DNA from: Octopus sinensis
Taxonomy: Eukaryota
Assembly (NCBI RefSeq): GCF_006345805.1
Contig: NC_042997.1
Location: 45,012,001-45,076,000 of the forward strand
Length of the DNA: 64,000 bases
Direction of reading: 5' to 3'
Both the position numbers and the translations under genes were made by a program. Positions within the stretch are counted from its first letter, which is position 1. Each line of letters opens with the position of its first letter. This document shows, piece after piece, positions 1-12,900 of this stretch. Under the pieces are notes generated by a model. It searched no databases, was not told the origin of the DNA, and saw only the letters and a program-made list of their open reading frames with translations.

Positions 1-351
1 CTGTTTTCACTTTGCTTTTACAAACTCTTTCAAAATGGTTTTAAAGGAAAGTTATTATTTCTTTCTCAATTTGATATTCAATAACTAATTATATAGAACT
101 GAATTTTCAACTTTAAAAATTAGAAGTATTTTCTGTTTGATTTTTTCTTTCCCCCCAAACTTTACTGTAACAGTGATTACTCTTTTCAGCTTGCAGATTC
201 TATTGAACTTCATATACAACTAATTGCTGAATTAACATGCTTGCTTTGTAATAGTAAAAATACAAAATCTCATTCTGGTGCTGCTATATTTAAATGAATC
301 ACTGGAAAACACTTTTTCTGGAAATGAAACACTATATTTTATCACACTGTC

Positions 352-581
352 TTAACCCTTTCATTACTGTATTTATTTTGAGATGCTCTGTGTTTCTTTC
401 AATTAATTTTAAATATAACAAAGAATTTAGTAAAATAACTTAATTATCATTAAGTTAGTGTTAGGAACATAGATTGAGATTAAGGTTTGATGGAAGATTT
501 TAATTCAAAACTTACGAAAACAAGACAATTTGTACTCAGAGCCAGAGCTGGTTTCAGCCAGGCTGGTAACGAAAGGGTTAA
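352..581. mobile_element. piggyBac-type MITE, family E
   Basis: TTAA-CCCTTTC...GAAAGGG-TTAA; other copies at 21078, 35955, 43973 and 63811. Confidence 0.8.
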
Positions 582-646
582 TGGATATATTGTAGAAAGC
601 CACAACATGGTGGTATTTATCTTGAGAAAGCTTCTTGTATAGTCGT

Positions 647-840
647 ATAGATGTATAGTGCTATAAAGCACTATATAAAGATATATATAGATGTATAGTG
701 CTATAAAGCACTATATAAAGATATATATAGATGTATAGAGCTATAAAGCACTATATAAAGATATATATAGATGTATAGTGCTATAAAGCACTATATAAAG
801 ATATATATAGATGTATAGTGCTATAAAGCACTATAAAGCA
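647..840. repeat. 40-bp minisatellite, about 4.8 copies
   Basis: Unit ATAGATGTATAGTGCTATAAAGCACTATATAAAGATATAT at 647, 687, 727, 767 and 807. Confidence 0.92.
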
Positions 841-1135
841 GAGACAAAATGTCTAGCAGTGGCCTGGCTAAATCTGGGTTTCTGTGTTTTTGCATGTCAT
901 TGTTAGCAAGTATCCACTATCAATTACATGCTCAGACAAATTTTGTTTCTACTGATACAGTAAAACAGTGATTAACAAATGAGTGTAGTCACAAATAGCA
1001 GGTGTAACTAAATCCTAAGTCATAACATCAACAACATTCATCTTGAGCTAGCTAAAGTGCACTGTCCTCGATTTTTGAACAGACAAGCAGCACCAATGGA
1101 AACAAGAACAACAATGAATAAAAAGAGAAAAAATC

Positions 1136-1540
1136 CGCAGGAGTGGCTGTGTGGTAAGTAGCTTGTTTACCAACCTCATGGTTCTGGGTTCAGTCCCACT
1201 GCGTGGCACCTTGGGCAAGTGTCTTCTACTATAGCCTCGGGCTGACCAAAGCCTTGTGAGTGGATTTGGTAGACGGAAACTGAAAGAAGCCTGTCGTATA
1301 TATGTATATATATATATGCGTGTGTGTGTGTTTGTGTGTCTGTGTTTGTCCTCCTAGCATTGCTTGACAACCGATGCTGGAGAGTTAATGTCCCCGTTAC
1401 TTAGCGGTTTGGCAAAAGAAACCGATAGAATAAGTACTGGGCTTACAAAGAATAAGTCCCGGGGTCGAGTTGCTCGACTAAAGGCGGTGCTCCAGCATGG
1501 CCGCAGTCAAATGACTGAAACAAATAAAAGAAAAAAAGAA
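1136..1540 (+). mobile_element. tRNA-derived SINE family A (about 400 bp, central (TA)n(TG)n)
   Basis: Head GGAGTGGCTGTGTGG...GGTTCAGTCC, tail GCATGGCCGCAGTCAAATGACTGAAACAAGTAAAAGA; roughly 20 or more full and partial copies in the window. Confidence 0.85.
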
Positions 1541-1552
1541 ATAAAAACCTAC

Positions 1553-1751
1553 TTTGTAATGGTGTATGTTGTCACAGTAGGTGGCACAACACTTTTCACT
1601 GTGTCCCAACCTTGCTGGTATTTTTTCTGATATTGGATAGTGAAGTTCCGCAATGGTCCATAGCCATCGTTACCATGATGCCAGCTGACGGTGATAGATC
1701 GTGACCAAACTCGGGAACTTTCAACTGGCTTTGACGGGCTTTCAGGAGGAT
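1553..1751 (-). CDS. sdk: sdk exon L (199 nt, phase 1-2): PPESPSKP...[19 protein letters not shown]...TTYTITK
   Basis: Absent from the ORF track. Acceptor tgttttAG, donor GTaggt; N-half of FN3-9. Confidence 0.88.
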
Positions 1752-3914
1752 CTAAAACAAGAATACCATTATAGGAGAATAAATGTCCATGATTTTAACA
1801 ATAAAAAGGAGAAAAAAAAAAGACGGAATAGTATTAGTAGTTTTGAGAAATGACATCTTTATATATAAAAGTGAAGTTGTGTGTCTGTCTCCTACGATTT
1901 AGATTCCTAACTACTCCCACATTTTGCGGTGCAGTTTAACCAAAACCGGGTATCTTATAGTCGTGATTCATATCGAGCCCTTCTGGGTATTAGCGCGTGC
2001 CTACGATGAGTCTATGATTTAAAAAAAATTTACCATAATTTTTTCCCATTTTTAATGCATTTGTTTTCGCTATTATATAAGGGAAGTAACTCTCTAAAAA
2101 TGCTTATATAGTTATTTCCCTTACAAACCCGAGCAACGCTGGGCGATACTGCTAGTTAAATATAAGATGAAAGTAATTGAATAGCAACATTAATAAAAAT
2201 GTTATATTTCCATGAAAAGTGAATTCCTTTTGAATCATAATAACCAACAGGAATAGCATTTATCTCTGATTTTTAGCAACATCAAGCAGATAGAAAAGAA
2301 ACAAACTGCATAACATCTACAGTTGTTGTTATTATTAACCTCAGGTGAAACTCAGTTTTGCAAACCTTTGACCAAAGACATTCTGGCCGTAACCTGCCTG
2401 GAGTTGGTTCAGGCATAATGTATCTAGGTTTACACTATCCAATGCATCCTTCTTGTTTGTTTTTCTTTTAATTTATAATTTATTGTTTTTATAATCAGAG
2501 TACAGTGTGATGAAGAGAGATTTATTTGCTTTTTCTCAGAGGTTGTGTACTTATTTAGACATTTTTTCATTGGCTTGTATCACTTGTTCCCTTTCAACAG
2601 GAATTGTACTTGTCACTGCAAGCAAAAGACCTATACATAAAATAGCTGGCAAAGTTGACATTGCAACTAAGCAAGCAACATTGTAGCTACTACCTACCAC
2701 AGCAGTGTTAATTGGAGACTAGGTAGGTTGGACTGCAGAAAGCTATTCACTGTAGCTGCAGACACAACGCAATGAAGGTGACAGGATATAGGAGTACAGC
2801 AGGATTTGAACTAATCTCATGAAAGTGCTTCTATAGGGTTGATTGAATTTCAAGCAATAGCAGCCAAAATATCCAGCAAATCTCCTTGCAAAAGGATACA
2901 GTGGATGTTGTAGTTCTACAGATCTGACTGGCCTGGTGCAGCCTTCTGGCTTCCCAGACCCCAGTTGAACCGTCCAACCCATGCTAGCATGGAAAGCGGA
3001 CGTTAAACGATGATGATGATGATGATGACAGCATCCGTGCAACATCGGAACAACCTGTTTGTTTTCCATACCAGCTTTGCACTGCTAACTCTGAATTATA
3101 TCTGCTCACAACTCTGAACACATCACAAACAGCCTATTCCATTTATGTCAACTTTGCTTCACGAACTTCTGAATGCCATCAGCCCACAAATCTGCCATAT
3201 TATGAACAGCATATTTTTTTTTTACACCAGCTCAGTTTCTATAACAACTTCTAACTGAATCCATATTTCAAACACAAGATGTCTTGCAAACAACTTGCAC
3301 ATGCAAGTGCTACCAGTTAAAATCTCCGTATACCGGAAGCTAGCAAGTGTATGGGGTCATCAGGAGAGAATGCGCGCCGTTTCGGGGCCTACCTCTCGAT
3401 GGCATCAATGCGCACTGCTCCCCACCTCACTGATATGAAGCCCCGCTTGCTAGATCAGCTGGTTATGAAGAACTCAATATCCTTCTAGCCATCGCTCATC
3501 GCCTCTTTTTAACCAAATCCAGTGACTAGCCTTCTCCACTGTAGATTGGATATCAGTCATTGTGGTATTGACTTTACGATGAGTTAAGCCTAGCGATAAC
3601 AACAGCATTTTCCAGCATACTTGTCAGTGTAGCACAATATTGTAAACATGTTGAGTAAACATCCAAACACCATTGCTATCTTTCCAAATCCTGCTGCATT
3701 TCCCAGAGAAGCTTTGGTCCTCCAAACTCACCTTGTATGACTTTCCCTACCTGAAGCTTTCTCTGACTCATCAACATATACTGGCTATGCTCATATGACT
3801 CGTCAGCTCTCATTATCTTTTAACAGATTAAAATATTTTGTACTAAAAATGCCTTCTGATATTCCATATTTCACTACAGTGGGTAACTTTTACCAACATT
3901 CTCCCTCTGTAAGT

Positions 3915-4012
<98 letters not shown>

Positions 4013-5079
4013 TGTGTACAGTGCTCAGGTGCACTACAACTCATCTAAAGTGTATATATAATCAGGTGTAGTTTCGGCGGATTTCGGAAAGCATGAGGGC
4101 CTTAAAGGATGCAGTGTCATGGCAGTCAACAACTGACGCAGGCAGTTTATTCCATGCTTCAGTCACTCTGAGCGTGAAAAAATGTTTCCGAAAGTCATGG
4201 GAGCTGTGTTGTTTTCTGTTTATTAAAGCATCTTAAAAAAATAATTGGTAAAAAATGAAATCACTCACATCTTTTAGCAGTAGTGAACACTATAACTTCA
4301 CTTGCATTTCCCCAGCCAAGGGCAGTCTTAGCAGCAACACTGAAAGTATAATACTTCTCTTTCTTGAGGTTGTATGCTGTGAAGCTATTTACATTAGCAT
4401 TTACAATTGTATAATTTGGTTTTTGATAACTAAAGTTAGCTCTTAGTCCGTAAGTCACTCTGTATTTCAGAATGATGCCATTTGGTTTCTTTGGAGGTGC
4501 CCATACCACTTTTGCCATTTCATATGTTACATTAGGAAAGTATATTATAATAGGTGGATCAGGAACTGAAAAATAAATGAAACAGACATTACTGATACAA
4601 TATCAATGTGTTCACAGGCTATCACGCTATTTAGGGCTGTTCATTATTTCGTATTTCATATATACATGAATGAAAGTATGTATGTGTGTGTGTGTATGTG
4701 TGTGTGTGTGTGTGTGTGTGTTTAATATTTTGGACTAATGGGTATATGTCGATTAGTGTGTTGAAGTGTTGAGTAGAGCGCTGGCACAGTTTGGGGTACT
4801 TGGTGTCTCTCCCTTCTCACTCCCTCATTGGCATTATGTGCAGACATCTGCTAATAAATAGATATAGATGTGACGTTGCTGCGGTGGTGGTATAAAATGT
4901 TGTTTACAATAGTTGACTTATACAAATAATTATAATGTTAAATTTTTGTAATGGAAATATGTAAATGAAAATAAAGTTTATTTGTTAGCCGAAAGTTTAC
5001 TGAATCTTTTGACACCCCATACATCAAAATCAGCAAATGAGTTTTTGAATGCATAAAGAACATATGCACACACAAACTC

Positions 5080-5115
<36 letters not shown>

Positions 5116-5121
5116 ACACAT

Positions 5122-5182
<61 letters not shown>

Positions 5183-5343
5183 AGGTGTCCCAGAAGTCAC
5201 ACACCATTCTGGTTTTCATTAAAAATAATTGACACAATATATTTTATTTTTTCAATTTCTTTTCTATCTTTCAGACTGAATTTATGGTTCATAAACAGTT
5301 ATTAAAAATTGAGATCAGTAACTTTGGGGACATCCTGTATGTA

Positions 5344-5406
<63 letters not shown>

Positions 5407-8400
5407 GGTAAATTTAGATTTTGTACCTGTAACAGTGAGAACTTGCTAGCCACCTTATTATTACCTTATTAATAGTATTAATAATGGCAATAATACTTAT
5501 ATATTTATATATATATAATTTTTTTCAGAATGAGATAAAAAACCAAGGCTGTGAAGATTTTAGAACATTTGTAAATAGGTCTTACTCTAATTACCCAACG
5601 AAACTAACCAATCTACCACAAGCAAACCTCTACCCAACGAATTTACCAGTGTAAGAACAAAATTTCAATGTAAAAATTACCAATTGGTTTACATTACCAT
5701 CACATATGTATCAATCATTTTTGCATCCTAACTGATGCATCTATCTATACTCACATTCTGAAGAGATTTACTTACGACAGTAAATCGAAACGATCGTAAA
5801 TGCCACCCTCATCTCTGCTTCTTACTTCTGTGTTACCTTTTTAATTAAAGATATGACTTAGAAATCCTCTGAGAAACTGGAAAATCAAGAAATCCAGGAC
5901 AGTTCTGGTCCTAAATTAGATAAATTAGTCTGGTACAGTATTGAGGTGTGATACATAACAAAGGGAGGGAAATGCAGAGTTTTAAAGAGTCATTTCCCTT
6001 GCTATGGTTTAATATCTTTAGATTAAACTCCTGGATTAAGTGAGTTACGTCCCTTGTATTAAAGACTTGTTACCTGAAACATAAGGGGTGGGTTTATTGA
6101 TTTTTTAAAATGGCTTTCAGGGGCAATTGGGAAATGAAAAGATCTTCACAACCACCCTTGGACGGTTTTGAATGACCATAGAAAGTGCGAGCCTTCTAAC
6201 TGAAAAATTGTGGATTTGTATAAAGGACACACACACACATACATAGCCAAACATTTTGCCGTTTATATATATAGAGATTATGTATATATATTATGTATAT
6301 ATATATATATTATATATTGATAGAAATGGCAAGACAACAAAAGAATGAAAGAGACCTCGATATTATGTAAATAGAGGGATTTATCTGTAAATATAATAGT
6401 CACATAAATGAAGATCTTGTCTCTTGCATTCAAGAAAAGAAACAAGTCTTTCCACTTTTTATTTCATTGCACCCCAACATGCATCTGTGTTGTTTTTTAG
6501 GCCACTTACCATCCTCTTTAGTTCTGATAAATAGTGTTGGTTCACTGAGCACACCATCACCCATTTTAGTGAAGGCAAGCACATTTATCTTATAGCTGAC
6601 ATACTTCAACAGGTTACGCAATTCATATTGCCTTGTTTCGTTATTCACAGTTTGGAATTTTGGCACCATTCCTTCATCCACAGCTTGATATTTGATCTAA
6701 ATTAGAAGAACAGAGAAGATGACATTCAACATATATATATATCTTTTAAAGTTACAATGTTTTACGGCAATGTTCAAGTGTTTGGAAATATTACAATATA
6801 AGAGGAAGTATCCAAAAGAAACCTGAATTTTGCAATATAATTTCATTCAGTTTTACATGTTTACACTTTTATCACTTTCAAAAGTATTCTCCATTTGAAG
6901 CAATGCATTGGTCAAGATGCATTTTCTAGAGTTCAAAATAGTCCTGTGAAGTGATGCCTTTTAATGCCTCTGTCATTTATTTCTTAACCTCTTCCACATC
7001 TGCAAAAAATTTTCCTTTAAGGATGGTTTTCATTCACAGGAACAGAAAAAAAGTCACAGGAAGCAAGATTGGGTGAATAGGGAGGGCAGGTGATGCGGTC
7101 AGGCCATTTTTCGCAAAAACTGTCTCACACAGAAAGTGGTGTGTGCAGGTGCATTGTCAAGATGAAACCACCACTTTCCACCTTGCTACAGGTCAAGGCA
7201 TTTTTGTCCCACCGCATCTTGCAAATGCTTCAAAATTGTCAAGTAAAATGTCTGGCTAGCAGTTTGACCAGAGGAACAAATTCTGTGTGGACAATTCCTT
7301 TCGCATCTATGAAACAAATCAGCATCGTCTTGACATTGGACTTCACTTGATGCTTTTTTTTGCTGGGGGTGTGATGACATTGAATGCTTCCATTGACTTG
7401 ATTGCTGCTTCATTTCCGGGTTGTAGCCATAGCATCAGCTTTTGTCAACAGCAACAACCTTCAGAAAAGGTCTGGATCAACTTCCAACTGTTCATTCAGT
7501 TCACAACGCACATTCAGTCATAATTGCTTTTGATGCAACTCTTCATTCACAATTCCTCACCCAAAACTCGCTTGTTGCAACCTCCCGGATATACCAGTTA
7601 TATCAAAAAGTTTGTCAATTGTTCAATGACGGTCATCCAAGATCAGTTCATGAATTTATGTGATGTTTTTATTTGTTTGGGAGGTCAACAGTTGTCCTGA
7701 GTGAGTTTGGTATTCAAGCAACAATTGACCATTCCTAAAACATGAAAACCACTTGTAAGCTTGTGTTTTGCTCATGGCAGTGTCCTTGTAAGCTGTTTGA
7801 AGCATGACAACCGTTTTTGGCTGCTGTTTCCTCAGCAGAAAACAGAATTTCATGGAAGCACGCTGTTCCTTCAATTCAGCCATCACAAAAATCGATGAAC
7901 AAGGAAGAAGCACTGCAAAACAAAGACACACCCACCACATGGCAGTAAGATCACACTTGATGTTACTGGCAGGCAGACTGTGTGTCTAAGTGTTGCATCA
8001 AGTGGCTTTTAGTGACAGAAGCCTGAACTACAATGTGCTTGTCCCAAAGAGAATGTTTCTGGTTACTTTTGGGTACCCCCTTGTATATCAAGAAGAGAAA
8101 CAATTCAGTGAAAAGGAACACAATTTACAAAAGTATACAGTAATAGCTAAAAAAACCCAAAAAGAGTAAAGAAAAACATGGAAATTAGTAAATAAATGAA
8201 CAAAATAAAAAAGTGAGTATATTTCCTTAAGTATACATCTTTCCAGAACATGTTGGTGATCCTTAGAATCTCTGAGAATTCAGAAAACATAAAAAAAAAA
8301 AATTAGTTTCATATTAAACAATGAAGCATTAGCACAAAGTAGTGTTTAGGTATGAGTAGAATTAAGGCTAGCTGAAATATGTTTGTGACACATTGCAACT

Positions 8401-9904
8401 GCTAAAAGGAAAATACTCTGCAGTTATTGTGGATAATAAATCTCTCTCTTCACAGTAACTGCAGTGCCTTTTAGCAGTTGCAATGTGTCACAGACATATT
8501 TCAACTAGCCTAAATTCTGCTCGTATTTTCATATTGTTAATATATAGGTGCAGGAGTGGCTGTGTGGTAAGTAGCTTGTTTACCAACCACATGGTTCCAG
8601 GTTCAGTCCCACTGCACGGCACTTTGGACAAGTGTCTTTTACTATAGCCTCGGGCCAACCAAAGCCTTGTGAGTGGATTTGGTAGATAGAAACTGAAAGA
8701 AGCCTGTCGTATATATGTATATATATATATATGTGTATGTTTGTGTGTTGTGTTTATCCCCCCAACATCGCTTGACAACCGATGCTGGTGTGTTTACGTC
8801 CCTGTAACTTAGCGGTTCGGCAAAAGAGACCGATAGAATAAGTACTGGGCTTACAAAGAATAAGTCTCGGGGCTGATTTCCTCGACTAAAGGCGGTACTC
8901 CAGCATGGCCACAGTTAAATGCCTGAAACAAGTAAATGAGTAAATGAATATTAAATATTAAATCTTCCCAACCGGTGCTGGTGTGTTCACATCCCTGTAC
9001 CTTAGTGGTTTGGCAAAAATGACCAATAGAGTAAGTGCCAGGCTTAAAAAAAAAAAAAATTTAAGCACTGGGGTCGATTCATTTGACTAAAAATTCAAAG
9101 CGGTGTCCAGCATGGCCGCAGTCTCATGACTGAAACAAGTAAAAAAAAAGAAAGAAAAGAATACACCATGTTTGTAAAAAGATGGAATGTTAGTGGCTGA
9201 AAAAGATCTGCCGTAATTTCATCATGGATAATTGCATTGTGGTAGATGCATCACTGGGTGATTTCATGCAAGGTAAATACATTGTCAGTAAATCTGTTAT
9301 GGCAAATTTGTTAGCAGTAAATTCCCATCATACTTTTTATCTGTAAATATTATTTGAAATGTTTATTTATGGAATAAACTTTCGGCTAAACACTACTTAA
9401 AGTGTTCATTTGAAGAATAAACATATTGCTATACACTATTTAAAGCATTAATCCACAAACCAAATACATTGTTAAATGTTTATTTTAAATGTTTATTAAC
9501 AGAGTAATCTAAAGCATTCATCTGAAGAGTGAGTAAATATACTGACCATACATTAAAGTATTTATCCACAAAAGGAACACATTAGTAAATATTATAAGTA
9601 AGTATTTATCTGCAGAATAAACACATTGCTAAACAGTTCAAAGTTTTTAACAGCTGAACGTCATCAAAACATTTTTTTAAAGAATTCATTTGCAGAGTAA
9701 ATATAATACATTTTATTAACAATAGGCATAGGAGTGGCTGTGTGGTAAGTAGCTTGCTTATGAACCACATGGTTCCGGGTTCAGTCCCACTGCGTGGCAC
9801 CTTGGGTAAGTGTCTTCTACTATAGCCTCGGGTCAACCAAAGCCTTGTGATTGGATTTGGTAGATGGAAACTGAAAGAAGCCCGTCGTATATATGTGTAT
9901 ATAC

Positions 9905-9962
<58 letters not shown>

Positions 9963-12900
9963 GTATCTGTGTTTGTCTCCCCAGCATCGCTTGACAACCG
10001 ATGGTGGTGTGTTTATGTCCCTGTAACTTAGCAGTTCAGCAAAAGAGACTGATAGAATAAGTACTAGGCTTACAAAGGATAAGTCTTCAGGTCAATTTGC
10101 TCGACTAAAGGCGGTGCTCCAGCATGGCCACAGTCAAATGATTGAAACAAGTAAAAGAGTAATGAAAAATAAATTCAAGGATAAAAAAATTATCAGTATT
10201 ACATTTACTTAATATCCTCATCACCCTTTTACATATCTGCTTTTCCATGCAGGCATGAGTTGGGCAAAACCTATTGAGGCAGTATGCTACAGATAGATGC
10301 TCTTCCTGACATCAACCCTTACTTATTAAGCTAAGTACATTTTCTCCCCACATCTTAATATGGTTGAACTACCCAGCTGCTGGACATGTTTTTTTTTATA
10401 TATTCATGAGGCACAATGTCACAACTGCCCAAACACTGTCAATACGAAGACACACAAGTGCACATACACAAATATGACAAGCTTTTGTACAATTTCCATC
10501 TACCAAACTTTACCAACAAGGCATTGACCAAACTAAGGCCAGAGGAACCAAACTCCAAACCATAAAGGCAACATAAAGTTCGTAACCTTAAAATCAGCTG
10601 CTATTCTTAAGTACAAGAGCAATGCTTACAACTATTCTTCACCACCTAACTAATATCGCAGATCCATGCCTGCACTTATATACCATTTTGCCGGACTTGA
10701 GAAGAAGACCTGTCAAGCCAAGTAAAATTGCAGTCATGGCAGATACTGGTGTCATGCAAATGACATGTAAAAGCACCCATTACACTCTTGGAATGGTTGG
10801 CATTAGGAAGGGCATCCAGTTGTAGAAACCATTGCCAAATCAGACTGGAGTCAGGTGCAGCCTTCCAGCTTGCAAGCACTGGTCAAACTGTCCAACCCAT
10901 GCCAGCATGGATGTTAAATGATGACACACACAAGCATGTAGTGAAAAAGATAACACTATTATAAATTGGTGGAAAGAAGAGACATTCTAAAATGACAAAT
11001 TAGGAGAAATATCTCTTAAGTGATTCAGCATTTCTTGGCCTTGATATTCACTGACATTGCATTGGACTCTCATTGCACTATCTTTTACATTTTTTATTTT
11101 TCAAAGTGAAATTTCTGCAATGGTGTTGGACCCTAATGAATTGTTTAACCCATGTTAGCATAGCAGATGGACCAACCCATCTCATCGCTGAGTCTAATTA
11201 CTCAACATGCAACATTACTATTATCACATTGCTTCCCACTCCGTCTCCTTTATACTGACCCCTGACGCTACTTATACCCTCTTCAATCTCCTAGCCTAAT
11301 GCTATTCCTACAGCTCTGGGTTTAATGATTGACTAAAGTTACTGGGCACCACCCTGAAAGTGATGCCCCAGCATGGTCACAGCCCAATAACCGAAACCAG
11401 TAAATAGGAGTAATCAAAGCAAGTGCAATACCTTATATCCAAGGACTTGGCCATTTTGTTCAAGGAGAGGCACATCCCCCCACTGGATATCAATAGAAGA
11501 GGAAGAAACTGCTTCTCCAGTTACATTGCTTGGTCCAGATGATGGCACTGAAAGAAAAAACAATTAAAATCTGCTAATTCTGTTGACTGATTTAAGTCAA
11601 AACAGAGAGAGAGAGAGAGAGAAAGGGAAAAAGAATGTGTGCATACATACACACAAACATAAACATACACACATCTCATCTGATGCGCTAACAATTATGC
11701 TAATCCCTTGCCCCGGATTGGTAATTTACTTTAATGATTTCAAAGGAGAATAAAGGGTAAAGTTAACCCTGCAAGGATTTGAACTCAGAGCACAACACAT
11801 TTTGTTTCCCGCTCTAATGATTCTGCTCTATGGATGAACTACGAAATGAGACAATGAAATGACACATACAACATAATATGTCATTTTAGCTAGCATCAAC
11901 AATGCTTTATGCAAAATGTTCCCAAGCATGGATGTTACACGCTGGTGGTTAGGGCTATAGCTTTATCTAAAGCTCTGGTGAGATAATCTAAAACATAATT
12001 TAAACTGTAGACTTTTGGGCACAATAATTCAGCTGTTTGTTTTTGTATCTGGTTTGCAAGATTCTTTATGTGAACTTGTGTGTTGAAGCAAATTTTGTTG
12101 TGTCTAGAGCGAGTCATATTTTTTTAATGCCTTATTATCTAACACACTCTCCGCTTCAATTTCCACTCATTTATTATTTATATTTTGTTTTTCTTCCAAA
12201 GTTGTCATTCAACCATGTCAAGGTTGCAAAATCAATGAAAACTTTGGAAGAAAAACAAAATATAAATAAGTAAATGAGTGGAAATCGAACTGGTGAGTGT
12301 GTTGCATAATAAGGCATTAAGATAATATGACCCTCCCAAGATACAACGAAATTCAGCTGTTAGCAATCTAAATTCTTCTAAGAAAACCACCGAATTATTC
12401 AAAAAGACATTAATTATCACTTCAGATTATTTTGTCTCACTTCTGTGTTGCAATATTTACCAAAGATAAAACAATATGAAATAATACTTTACCAGACTCC
12501 ATGGTTTTTTGGCTGATTACTGGACTGAAAGGACTTTTGCCAACAAAATTATAGGAATTCATCTTCACTTTGTACAGCACCCATTCATTGAGACCATTCA
12601 AAATATAGCTGTAATTATTGAAAGCATTCTCCAGAGTAACTACTGTCCAACTTTCATTTCTGCCAACAACTTTGTACCATATTTCATAGCCACGGGGTAC
12701 TCCATTCCAGTCTTGCTTTGTTAATAACTGAAAACCATTTAATTAATGTGTGATTCAGTGAATAAACAGATAAAAAGCAATTTTACAGGTTTAACAGTAG
12801 TTTTGGCACCATTACCCAGAATATTTATAAAAGAGTAAAAGAGTAAAAGAATAGTGGAACTGTTGATATATTTGATCATCTTTGATTGTTTTCTTGCTTT

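Noticed and set aside
3357-3387. GAAAC...CTGATGA on the minus strand as a hammerhead
   Set aside because: Stem II cannot form (CCCC faces CCCC) and there is no valid NUH geometry.
9270-9720. Degenerate AT-rich tandem repeat
   Set aside because: The period could not be defined reliably by eye.
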